Origin: an uncultured Acidobacteriota bacterium
GTDB lineage: Bacteria; Acidobacteriota; Thermoanaerobaculia; Multivoradales; SZUA-115
DNA length: 64,000 nt
Assembly: GCA_963805975.1 (NCBI GenBank)
Contig: CAWDVR010000002.1
Span: forward strand, 776,543 to 840,542
Reading direction: 5' to 3'
Below are positions 33,337-42,098 of this stretch, in pieces (position 1 is the first letter of the stretch; every line of letters begins with the position of its first letter). The notes beneath the pieces were generated by a model, which was not told the DNA's origin, did not search any database, and saw only the letters and a list, made by a program, of their open reading frames with translations. A program made the translations under genes and the position numbers.

Positions 33337-33567
33337 TCAGGCGCGGCCAGCGAGGCTCTTGACCGTCTCGGAGACCTGGGCGCCCTTGCTCACCCAGTAG
33401 TCGTAGCGCTCGCGGTCGAGCTTGACCTCGGCCGGCTTGCGCTCGGGATCGTAGTGGCCGATCTGCTCGACGGCCGCGGCCCTGGGGGTGCGGCGGCTGT
33501 CAGAGACCACCACCCGGTAGAAGGCGCGGTTGGTGGTGCCGGTGCGCCGCAGTCGAATCGTCAACAT
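33337..33567 (-). CDS. rpsP: 30S ribosomal protein S16
   Basis: MLTIRLRRTGTTNRAFYRVVVSDSRRTPR...YDPE. Start at the internal ATG 33567 with GGAGG SD. The ORF-track N-terminal extension is spurious. Confidence 0.93.
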   Translation of the reverse strand: MLTIRLRRTGTTNRAFYRVVVSDSRRTPRAAAVEQIGHYDPERKPAEVKLDRERYDYWVSKGAQVSETVKSLAGRA

Positions 33568-33713
33568 GGCTTTGGAAGGACCTCCGGGGGTTGTTTCGAC
33601 GCACGGCGAGCGTTCCGCCCAGCCGCGCGAAGCGTCGGATGCTACCAGGAAGCCGGACCAGGCGCCAGTCCCGGGCGGGCTCGGCGGCCCGGAGAGCATG
33701 TTACGCTGTCGCC

Positions 33714-35606
33714 ATGACCAAACGTCTCACGACTCCCATGGTTCGCGACCGGCGCGGAGCGCCGCTCCGGCCGGCGACCTGGGACGAGGCGTTGGATCGA
33801 GCCGCCGCCGGCCTCTCCTCCGTGGTGGAGGCCCGCGGCCCGCGCGCTTTCGGGCTCTTCAGCTGCTCGAAGGCGACGAACGAGATGAACTACGCGGCGG
33901 GCAAGTTCGCGCGCGCGGTCATCGGCTCGAACAACGTCGACAGCTGCAACCGCACCTGACACGCCCCGAGCGTCGCCGGTCTGGCGACTGTGTTCGGAGC
34001 GGGTGGCGGCACGAGCTCCTACCAGGAGATCGAAGAGACGAGTTGTATCTTGCTGTGGGGCTCGAACGCGCGGGAGACGCACCCGATCTTCTTCCACCAT
34101 CTGCTGAAGGGCATGAGAAACGGCGCCCGCCTCTACACGATCGACCCGCGCCGCACCTCCTCGGCCGCCTGGGCCGACCTGTGGGCCGGGCTCGAGGTGG
34201 GCACGGACATCGCGCTCGCCCACACCATGGCGCGGGAGATCATCGCCGCCGGGCTCGTCAACCAGGAGTTCGTCGAGCACGCGACCAGCGGCTTCGAGGC
34301 CTATCGTGAGTCAGTCGAGCCCTGGACTCTGGAGCGCGGCGCGGCCGAGACCGGCGTGCCGGCGGCGGTGATCCGCGAGATCGCCCACGCCTACGCCCAG
34401 GCGCCCCGCGCCATGATCTGCTGGACGCTCGGCATCACCGAGCACCACAACGCGGTCGACAACGTGGTGTCGCTCATCAACCTCTCGCTGCTCACCGGCC
34501 ACGTCGGCCGCTACGGCTCGGGGCTCAACCCGCTCCGGGGCCAGAACAACGTCCAGGGCGGCGGCGACATGGGGGCGCTCCCCGACCGCCTGCCCGGCTT
34601 CCAGCACCTGGAGAACGCGCCGCTGCGCGAGAAGTTCGAGGCCGCCTGGGGCGCCAGGATCCCGCCGCAGGGCGGCTGGCACCTCTCGGGGATGTTCGAC
34701 GCCATGGAACGCGGCGAGCTCACCGCCCTCTACGTGATCGGCGAGAACCCGTTGCGCTCCGAGGCGGACCAGCACCGGGCGAGGAAGCTGCTCGAGGGCC
34801 TCGAGTGCCTGATCGTGCAGGACGTGGTCGAGACCGCCACCTCCGAGATTGCGGACGTGGTGCTGCCGGCGGCGGCGGGCTGGTGCGAGTCCGAAGGTAC
34901 TGTCACCTCGAGCGAGCGGCGGGTGCAGCGGGTGCGTCGCGCCCTGCCGCCGCCGGCCGGCGCCCGCGACGACCTCGAGATCATCTTCGGCCTGGCCAAC
35001 CGCCTGGGCAAGAGCTGGGGCGAGCCCGACCCCGAGGCGCTCTGGAACGAGCTGCGGACCGTCTCCCCCATGCACGCCGGCATGAGCTATGCGCGGCTCG
35101 AGGCCGAGGGCGGCATCCAGTGGCCCTGCTACGACGACCACCACCCGGGCGAGCTCTTCCTGCACAGCCGGCTCTGGGAGCGGCCGGTGAAAGGGCCGCG
35201 GGCGCCCTTCAGCGTGGTCGAGCACGACCTGCCGGTCGACCGCCTGGACGACGATTTCCCGATGCGCCTCACCACCGGCCGCCGGCTCGAGGAGTACAAC
35301 ACCGGCGTGCAGACGGCGGGCTACAGCTCGCCGGTGCGCCGCGGCGAGACCCTGGACCTCTCCCCCGAGGATGCCGTGCGGCTGGGTTTCGCCGAGGGCG
35401 AGAGGGCGCGTGTCTCGTCGCGCCGCGGCAGTGTCGAGGCGCCGGTGCACATCGACCCCGCCCTGCGGCCGGGGCTGTCGTTCATGACCTTCCACTTCCC
35501 CGAGGAAGTGCCCACCAACCTCCTCACCATCGATGCCACGGACCCGCGCTCCGGCACGGCGGAGTTCAAGGCGACGGCGGTCCGCATCGAGCGCCCAGAG
35601 GCCTGA
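33714..35606 (+). CDS. fdhA: Formate dehydrogenase catalytic (Mo/W-bisPGD) subunit, selenocysteine-containing; the in-frame TGA at 33957..33959 is read as Sec; lacks the usual N-terminal Fe-S domains (split gene)
   Basis: Two track ORFs, 33591..33959 and 33990..35606, are in the same frame separated by a single TGA. The junction reads NVDSCNRT-[TGA]-HAPSVAGL, homologous to E. coli FdhF ...CARV-U-HGPSVA. The N-terminus MTKRLTTPMVRDRRG aligns to the FdhF region after its 4Fe-4S domain. Confidence 0.85.
33966..33997 (+). ncRNA. SECIS-like hairpin, about 12 nt downstream of the UGA; apical loop GGUCU
   Basis: Stem gcgtcgcc / ggcgac, 6 bp, closing the loop ggtct (33978..33982), plus a possible lower stem ccga/tcgg. 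Distance and GGUC loop resemble the E. coli fdhF SECIS. Confidence 0.6.
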
Positions 35607-35609
35607 GCC

Positions 35610-37538
35610 TTGGACATCCGGGTCACCGGCGCCGAGCCGAGCGCGGAGGAGCGGGCGGCGGTCGATCGACTGCTCGGGCCGGCGCCTTCGAGCTGGGAGG
35701 GCGGGGAGCGGGGCCGGGGTGAGGACGCGCGGTCCGCTCGCGCCGGCTTCCACGAGTCCCGCGAGCGGCGGGACCTGCTGCTGCCGGCGCTCCACGCCGT
35801 GCAGGACCGCGTGGGCTGGATCAGCGAGGGCGCGCTCAACTACATTTGCCTGCGGCTGATCGTGCCGCCCGCCGAGGCCTGGGGCGTGGTGAGCTTCTAC
35901 CACCTGTTCGCGACCGAGCCCCGGCCGCCGCTGGTGGTCCACGTCTGTGACGACCTCGCCTGCCGGCTCCACGGCGCGGAGCGGCTGTGCACAGCTCTCG
36001 AGCACTCGGCAGGGCCGGAGCGAGCGCCGCTCGCCGGCGGCCGCACCACCTGGCAGCGCAGCCCCTGCCTCGGCCAGTGCGAGCGCGCCCCGGCGGTGCT
36101 GGTCCAGACCGCCGGCGAGGCGCCGCACGCCGAGGTGCTGGCCCCGGTGGCGGAGGCGGACGTGCTCGGTGCTCTCGGCCTCGCCCTGGACCGAGTGCAA
36201 GTACCTGCCGCCGGAAATGACCTGGAGGCAGTGCCGGATCGCCTCGCCGCAGCGCGCGTGTCCACACCCCAGGCGGGAAGCGACGGCCTGCGGCTCCTCG
36301 CCCGGGTCGGCGTGGTCGACCCCGAGAGCCTCGAGGCCTACCGCGCGAGCGGCGGCTATCAGGCCCTCGCCCGCGCCCTGGAGCTGGGACCCGCGGGCGT
36401 GACCGGAGAGGTGCTGGCCTCGAAGCTCCTGGGCCGCGGCGGCGCCGCCTTCCCCACCGGCCGCAAGTGGCAGGCGGTGGCCGCGGCCCCGGCCCTGCCG
36501 CGCTACCTGGTGTGCAATGCCGACGAGTCCGAGCCCGGCACGTTCAAGGACCGGGTATTGCTCGAGGAAGACCCCTTCGCGGTCGTCGAGTCGATGACGA
36601 TCGCGGCTTTCGCCTGCGGCTGCGAGCGCGGCTTCGTCTACCTGCGCGGCGAGTACCCTCTCGCCCACCGGCGCTTGGATAACGCCATCGCCGCGGCACG
36701 GCAGGCCGGTCTCCTGGGCGACGACGTGGCCGGTTCGAGCTTCCGCTTCGATCTCGAGATCCGCCGCGGCGCTGGCGCCTACATCTGCGGCGAGGAGACG
36801 GCGCTCTTCAACTCGATCGAGGGCAAGCGCGGCGAGCCGCGCTCGAAGCCGCCGTTCCCCAGCGAGTTCGGCCTGTTCGGCAAGCCGACGGTGGTCAACA
36901 ACGTCGAGACCCTGGCCAACGTGCCCTGGGTCCTGCGCGAAGGCGGCGCGGCCTTCGCCGCGCTCGGCAGCGGCGGCTCGACCGGCAGCAAGCTGTTCTG
37001 CGTCTCCGGCCACGTCACCCGGCCGGGTCTCTACGAGGTGCCGTTCGGCACCACGCTGGGAGAGCTGCTGGAGCTGGCGGGCGGGGTCGCCGGGGGGCGA
37101 AGCCTCGCGGCCATCCTCTTGGGCGGGGCCGCGGGCGCCTTCGTGGGGCCGGAGGCTCTCGCCACCCCTCTCACCTTCGAAGGCACCCGCGCCGCGGGCG
37201 CCACGCTCGGCTCGGGCGTGGTGCTGGTCTACGACGAGACCGCCGACTTGGGCGACGCCCTGCTGCGCGTCGCGAGCTTCTTCCGGCACGAGTCCTGCGG
37301 CCAGTGCGTGCCCTGCCGGGTGGGCACCGTGCGCCAGGAAGAGCTGCTCCAGCGCTTGCGCCGAGCCCGGCCCCTGGGCTCGCGGGCCGAGGAGCTGGCG
37401 CTCTTTGCCGAGCTCTCGCAGGCGATGCGCGACGCCTCGATCTGCGGCCTCGGCCAAACCGCCTCCTCCGCCATCGAGTCCGCCCTCGCCCGCTTCGATC
37501 CCTTCCCTGCCGCCCCTCCCTTTGGAGCGCAGCCGTGA
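35610..37538 (+). CDS. NAD(H)-binding formate dehydrogenase beta/gamma fusion (NuoE-like 2Fe-2S thioredoxin-fold + NuoF-like FMN/NADH/4Fe-4S)
   Basis: NuoE-like CDDLACRLHG...SPCLGQCERAP. NuoF-like GGAAFPTGRKW, CNADESEPGTFKDR, ESCGQCVPCRVGT. Confidence 0.9.
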   Translation: MDIRVTGAEPSAEERAAVDRLLGPAPSSWEGGERGRGEDARSARAGFHESRERRDLLLPALHAVQDRVGWISEGALNYICLRLIVPPAEAWGVVSFYHLFATEPRPPLVVHVCDDLACRLHGAERLCTALEHSAGPERAPLAGGRTTWQRSPCLGQCERAPAVLVQTAGEAPHAEVLAPVAEADVLGALGLALDRVQVPAAGNDLEAVPDRLAAARVSTPQAGSDGLRLLARVGVVDPESLEAYRASGGYQALARALELGPAGVTGEVLASKLLGRGGAAFPTGRKWQAVAAAPALPRYLVCNADESEPGTFKDRVLLEEDPFAVVESMTIAAFACGCERGFVYLRGEYPLAHRRLDNAIAAARQAGLLGDDVAGSSFRFDLEIRRGAGAYICGEETALFNSIEGKRGEPRSKPPFPSEFGLFGKPTVVNNVETLANVPWVLREGGAAFAALGSGGSTGSKLFCVSGHVTRPGLYEVPFGTTLGELLELAGGVAGGRSLAAILLGGAAGAFVGPEALATPLTFEGTRAAGATLGSGVVLVYDETADLGDALLRVASFFRHESCGQCVPCRVGTVRQEELLQRLRRARPLGSRAEELALFAELSQAMRDASICGLGQTASSAIESALARFDPFPAAPPFGAQP

Positions 37539-38443
37539 GCACCGACCCGATCTGGTTCAACCCGGCCCCGCCGCCGTCTCGCGTGCCGGCGGCGCCGCCC
37601 CGCGCGCCACGACCGCAGGTGGAGCTCTCGATCGACGGCCAGGCGGTCACCGTGGAGCAGGGCGCGACCGTGCTCGAGGCCTGCCGGAAAGCCGGCGTCG
37701 AGGTGCCGACCCTCTGCTACCTGGAGACGCTCACGCCGGTCAACGCCTGCCGCCTCTGCGTGGTGGAGCAGGAAGGCGCGAGGGTGCTGGTGCCGGCCTG
37801 CTCGCGCAAGGCCGAGCCGGGGATGAAGATCCACACCAACTCGGAGCGCGTGCGGCTGTCGCGCAAGCTGGTGCTGGAGCTCCTGGGCTCGTCAGTCGAT
37901 CTCTCGACCGCTCCCGGCCTGGCCGAGACCATGGCCGAGTATGGCGCCCGCCCGGAGCGCTTCGGCACCGGTGCCACCGTGGCGCAGCCGCCCAAGATCG
38001 ACAACGACCTCTACGTGCGTGACTACGGCAAGTGCGTGCTTTGCTACAAGTGCGTGGAGGCCTGCGGCTACGACGCCCAGAACACCTTCGCCATCGCCGT
38101 GGCCGGCCGCGGCTTCGACGCCCACATCTCGACCGAGTGGGACGTGCCGCTGCCCACCTCGGCCTGCGTCTACTGCGGCAACTGCATCGCCGTCTGCCCC
38201 ACCGGGGCGCTGATGGCGAGCCCCGAGTTCGAGCTGCGCCGCGAAGGAAAATGGGACGAGTCCCGCCAGACGAAGACCGACACCATCTGCGGCTACTGCG
38301 GCGTGGGCTGCACCCTCACCCTGCACGTCCAGGACGAGCGCATCGTCAAGGCCACCTCGCCCTTCGAGAACTCCGTGACGCAGGGCAATCTTTGCGTCAA
38401 GGGCAGGTTCGGGTTCGAGTTCGTGCAGAAAGGGCGGGGCTAG
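37535..38443 (+). CDS. Fe-S subunit equivalent to the N-terminal part of FdsA/NuoG (2Fe-2S ferredoxin + 4Fe-4S clusters + MopB-type 4Fe-4S domain), encoded separately and downstream
   Basis: GTG start at 37535 overlaps the upstream stop (GTGA). CYLETLTPVNACRLCVV, CVLCYKCVEAC, CVYCGNCIAVCP, and C-terminal ICGYCGVGCTL...NLCVKGRFGFEFVQ, which is the MopB 4Fe-4S motif that normally directly precedes the LTxP region of the catalytic domain. Confidence 0.85.
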   Translation: MSTDPIWFNPAPPPSRVPAAPPRAPRPQVELSIDGQAVTVEQGATVLEACRKAGVEVPTLCYLETLTPVNACRLCVVEQEGARVLVPACSRKAEPGMKIHTNSERVRLSRKLVLELLGSSVDLSTAPGLAETMAEYGARPERFGTGATVAQPPKIDNDLYVRDYGKCVLCYKCVEACGYDAQNTFAIAVAGRGFDAHISTEWDVPLPTSACVYCGNCIAVCPTGALMASPEFELRREGKWDESRQTKTDTICGYCGVGCTLTLHVQDERIVKATSPFENSVTQGNLCVKGRFGFEFVQKGRG

Positions 38444-38453
38444 CTAGCCGCCC
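38432..38453. terminator. Palindromic hairpin GGGCGGGGCTAG/CTAGCCGCCC spanning the abutting convergent stop codons (TAG of the Fe-S gene, CTA = TAG of ffh); the TTTCT tail on the minus side suggests a terminator at least for ffh
   Basis: Read directly from the sequence. Confidence 0.45.
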
Positions 38454-39775
38454 AGCGCCCGCTTCAGCCAGCTTCCCTTGACGCCCTTGAGCATCTTGCG
38501 CATGCCCTTGTACTGCTTCAGGAGCTTGTTGATGTCCTGGACGGTGGTGCCGGAGCCCTGGGCGATGCGCCGCTTGCGGCTGCCGTCCAAGAGCTGAGGC
38601 AGGCGGCGCTCGCGGGCGGTCATCGAGTTGACGATCGCCTCGACGCGCTGCAACTGGCTCTCGTCCACGTTGGCGGCGTCGAGCCCCTTGAGCGGCCCCA
38701 CCTTGGGCATCAGCTCCATCACCTGGCCCAAGGGCCCCATCTTCCGCAACTGGCGGAGCTGATCGCGCAGGTCCTCGAGCGTGAACTCGCGGGAGATCAG
38801 GCGCTTGGCCAGGCGCTCGGTCTCGCCCGAGTCGAGCCCCTTTTCGGCCTTCTCGATCAGCGACAGCACGTCGCCCATGCCGAGCATGCGCGAGGCGATG
38901 CGGTCCGGGTGGTAGAGCTCCAGGTCGTCGGCCTTCTCGCCCATGCCGACGTAGCGGATCGGCACCTGGGCAACAGTACGGATCGAGAGCGCCGCTCCGC
39001 CGCGGCTGTCGCCGTCGAGCTTGGTCAGGATGACGCCGGTGAGCGGGAGCTGCTCGGCGAACTCCTGGGCGCTCTTGACCGCGTCCTGGCCGGTCATGGC
39101 GTCGGCCACGAAGAGGGTCTCGGAGGGCTTGATGAGCTCGGCCAGCGCGCGGATCTCCTGCATCAGCGCCGCGTCCACGTGCAGGCGGCCGGCGGTGTCG
39201 ACGATCACTACGTCGTGGCCGCGGTCCTTCGCCTCGCGGATGGCACGGGGAGCGAGCTCGAGCACCGTCTCGCCCGGCTGCGGTGTCGCCACCGCCACTC
39301 CCACCCCGGCCCCCACCTGCCGGAGCTGCTCGACGGCCGCGGCGCGCTGCAGGTCGCCGGCCACCAGCAACGGGTGGCGGCCGCGGGCCTTGAGCTGCTT
39401 GGCGAGCTTGCCGGCGGTGGTGGTCTTGCCCGAGCCCTGGAGGCCGCAGAGCATGACCACCGTGGGACGGCCGTCGAGCTTGAGCTCGGCCCCGGCACCG
39501 GGGCCGCCCAGGAGCTCGATCAGCTCGTCGCGGACGATCTTGATCACCTGCTGGGCGCCCGACAGGCTGGCCAGCACCTCCTGGCCCTCGGCCCGCTCGC
39601 GCACGCGGTCGATGAACGGCTTGACCACACGCACGTGGACGTCCGCCTCGAGGAGCGCCAGGCGCACCTGGCGCAGCGCCCCGGCCAGCACGTCGGCGGA
39701 GATGCGGCCCTCACCCCGAAGCTGGTGAAAGACCTCTTGCAGCTTGCCCTGGAGACCGTCGAACATGGATTGCAC
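38444..39775 (-). CDS. ffh: Signal recognition particle protein Ffh
   Basis: GLQGSGKTTTAGKLA, DTAGRL, TKLDGDSRGGAALS, Met-rich M-domain. Start may be the internal MFDGLQ. Confidence 0.95.
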   Translation of the reverse strand: MQSMFDGLQGKLQEVFHQLRGEGRISADVLAGALRQVRLALLEADVHVRVVKPFIDRVRERAEGQEVLASLSGAQQVIKIVRDELIELLGGPGAGAELKLDGRPTVVMLCGLQGSGKTTTAGKLAKQLKARGRHPLLVAGDLQRAAAVEQLRQVGAGVGVAVATPQPGETVLELAPRAIREAKDRGHDVVIVDTAGRLHVDAALMQEIRALAELIKPSETLFVADAMTGQDAVKSAQEFAEQLPLTGVILTKLDGDSRGGAALSIRTVAQVPIRYVGMGEKADDLELYHPDRIASRMLGMGDVLSLIEKAEKGLDSGETERLAKRLISREFTLEDLRDQLRQLRKMGPLGQVMELMPKVGPLKGLDAANVDESQLQRVEAIVNSMTARERRLPQLLDGSRKRRIAQGSGTTVQDINKLLKQYKGMRKMLKGVKGSWLKRALGG

Positions 39776-40126
39776 CTCGTGGCGCCACCCTGACGATCGG
39801 GCGGCGGGAGGCGGATGCTACCACCGGCGGAAGGGGCCGGCGCTGCTAGAATTCCCGACATGAGCGACCCGACCTCGACCGCGTCGAAACGAGCGCGCGG
39901 CAACGCGGAAAGGCTGGCCGATACGGGTCTACCGGCTTGGTGGCGAGCCTTCCGCCGACCTCAGTGCCACGACCACTGCCACCGACCGGTTGTCCATGAT
40001 GTGGCCTCTGGCACTGGATGCCTGGACCCTTGCCGGTCGCACGATCCCCGACTACCCGCGGCACCAGACGCCCTGCTTTCTTCGGCGCCCGCTCGCGGGC
40101 TCGGCGCACGCCGTTGGAGCCCGCGA

Positions 40127-40570
40127 CTGAACGACGACTTCCAGGATTTGCTCGCTGCGCTGCAGGCGACCGAATCGCGATTCCTGATCGTCGGGGCTCA
40201 CGCTCTCGCGGTCCATGGCGTCCCTCGCGCGACAGGCGATCTCGACGTCTGGGTGCGCCCTGACTCCGAGAACGCGGCTCGCGTGCTCCGCGCGCTGATC
40301 GAGTTCGGGGCGCCGATCGAGTCATTGAAGGTGACGATCGGCGATCTCTCCTCACCAGGGATGGTGTTGCAGATCGGGCTGCCTCCTCGGCGTATCGACA
40401 TCTTGACCGAGATCAGCGGTGTCGACTTCGACGAAGCCTGGGCTTCACGCACCGTGGCTACGGTGGGCGCGCTTCAGATCTCTTTCCTGGGCCGAGAGGC
40501 GTTCCTGCGAAACAAGCGAGCCAGCGGGCGTCCGAAGGATTTGCTGGACATCTCCCTACTCGACGCCGAG
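40127..40570 (+). pseudogene. Remnant of a minimal nucleotidyltransferase-fold gene (no canonical start; the ORF reads through into the downstream convergent gene)
   Basis: Core FLIVGAHALAVHGVPRATGDLDVWV is the hG[GS]...DhD NTase motif. No ATG/GTG/TTG in frame upstream of the domain. The upstream ORF part is Arg/Pro-rich noise. No stop until 40879, giving a 196-nt overlap with the ScyD-like gene. Confidence 0.4.
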
Positions 40571-40683
40571 ACTCGACGACGAGAGCAGCGACTGACTGCA
40601 CGAGCGGCTGCGGTGGTCGTGATCCCGGCTGAAAGGCCGGAACGCCGTGCGACAGGCGTCCCGGCAGGTGCAGGCGAGTCAGC

Positions 40684-41986
40684 TTACGGCGTAACCTCGA
40701 TCAGGCGGTCGGTGTTGTACTCGGTGACGAAGATCGAGCCGGACACCGGGTCGAGGAGCATGCTGGTCGGGCCTTCGAGGTCGTCGACCAGCACGGTCGG
40801 CGGGCCGGCGGGCGTGGCGAAGTGCAGGATGCGGCCGTGGCCGCCGCCCAGCAGGTTGGACGAGTGCTCGAGCACGTAGTAGCTGCTGCCGTCCACCTGC
40901 ACGTCGATGACACAGGACAGACCGGTGATCAGCGGCGTGCTGGTGCCGTCGGTGCTGTTGTAGGAGTGGATCTCCGAGCGGCCGGGCACGAACGGCGAGC
41001 CGGTGAAGAGTGTCACCAGCAGGCCGCCGCCGGCGCCGTGGCGCACCCGGTTCGAGACCACCTCGACGGTGGGCCGGCCGGAGCCCGGGAAGTTCGGGTT
41101 GGGGAGCTCGGCGAAGATCGTCTTGCTGACCAGCTTGCCGCTGGCGAACGGAGCGCTCCGGATGCGGTTGGAGCCGGCGTCGGCGATCCAGAGCGTGGTC
41201 CGATCCGCCAGGCGGTCGCCCAGGGGGCTGTCGAGGTTGTTCCAGGCGAAGCGCTCGGCGGAGGCGAGGACCGCCGCCTCGCTGGCACCGTGGTCCAGCT
41301 CGTCGAGGTAACGCTGGGCATTGAGGTCACGCAGGTCCCGCACCGTGAGCCCGCCGGTCAGCGCCAGGCCGAACGGGTTCGCCTTGCGGACGACGGTGCG
41401 CGGGTCCTGGATCAGGTCGCGGACGTCGGCCACCAGGCGCACGGTGGCGTGCTCGCCGGAGGCGTTGCTGAGCTCCACGTTGTAGCCGTCCGCGAGCTGG
41501 CCGTGCTGCGCCACGGTGAGCGCCAGCCCCTCGACGACGGCGTCGAGCGGGCGGTCGAAGGTGGCGACCACCACCGAGCTCATGATCGGCGAGGAGGGCC
41601 CGATCGGGTTCGGCGCGTCCTGGCCGGCGGCGGCGCCGCGCTTCACCACGTCACCCTCGCCGATGAGGATGATCAGCGTACGACCCTTGAGGATGACGTC
41701 GTGCGGGCCCGAGGGAGCGCCGGTCGCGGGGATGCCGGCAGGCAGGCCGGAGAGCAGCGAGCGGACGACACCGGACGAGCGGGCGACCAGCGAGATACGC
41801 CCGACGTTGGTGCCGAAGCCGGACTCGGCGACCACCAGGTTGCCGGCGTCCGAGAAGACCACGGAGGTCGGCGAGACCACGGGCGCGAGAACATCGTGCT
41901 GGGCGCTGGCGATCGGAGCGGCCGACGACAGCCGCTACGAGCGCAGCTCCGAAGATCAGAAAACGACAGAATCGTGCTGCAGACAT
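40684..41986 (-). CDS. Secreted beta-propeller protein (ScyD/ScyE-like or NHL-type), apparently interrupted by a 1-nt frameshift just after the signal peptide
   Basis: ATG at 41986 with SD AAGGAGG 7 nt upstream encodes the signal peptide MSAARFCRFLIFGAALVAAVVG. Its frame then degenerates, while the +1 frame continues as ...AAPIASAQHDVLAPVVSPTSVVFSDAGNLVVAESGF... through to 40684. Confidence 0.6.
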
Positions 41987-42098
41987 GGAAAACCCTCCTT
42001 GCGATTTAATGGTGACGGTCCTCTAGTGCCCGGAGGCGTGGCAAAGGGGACAGCTCGCGCAAAGAGGTTCGTTCAGGCCGGAGGGCAGCCCCTTCGCC

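Noticed and set aside
39776-40126. Possible structured RNA (e.g. SRP RNA or a tRNA) in the 350-nt gap after ffh
   Set aside because: I found no tRNA T-loop (GGTTCGAATCC-like) or 4.5S RNA domain-IV consensus. It was left unannotated.
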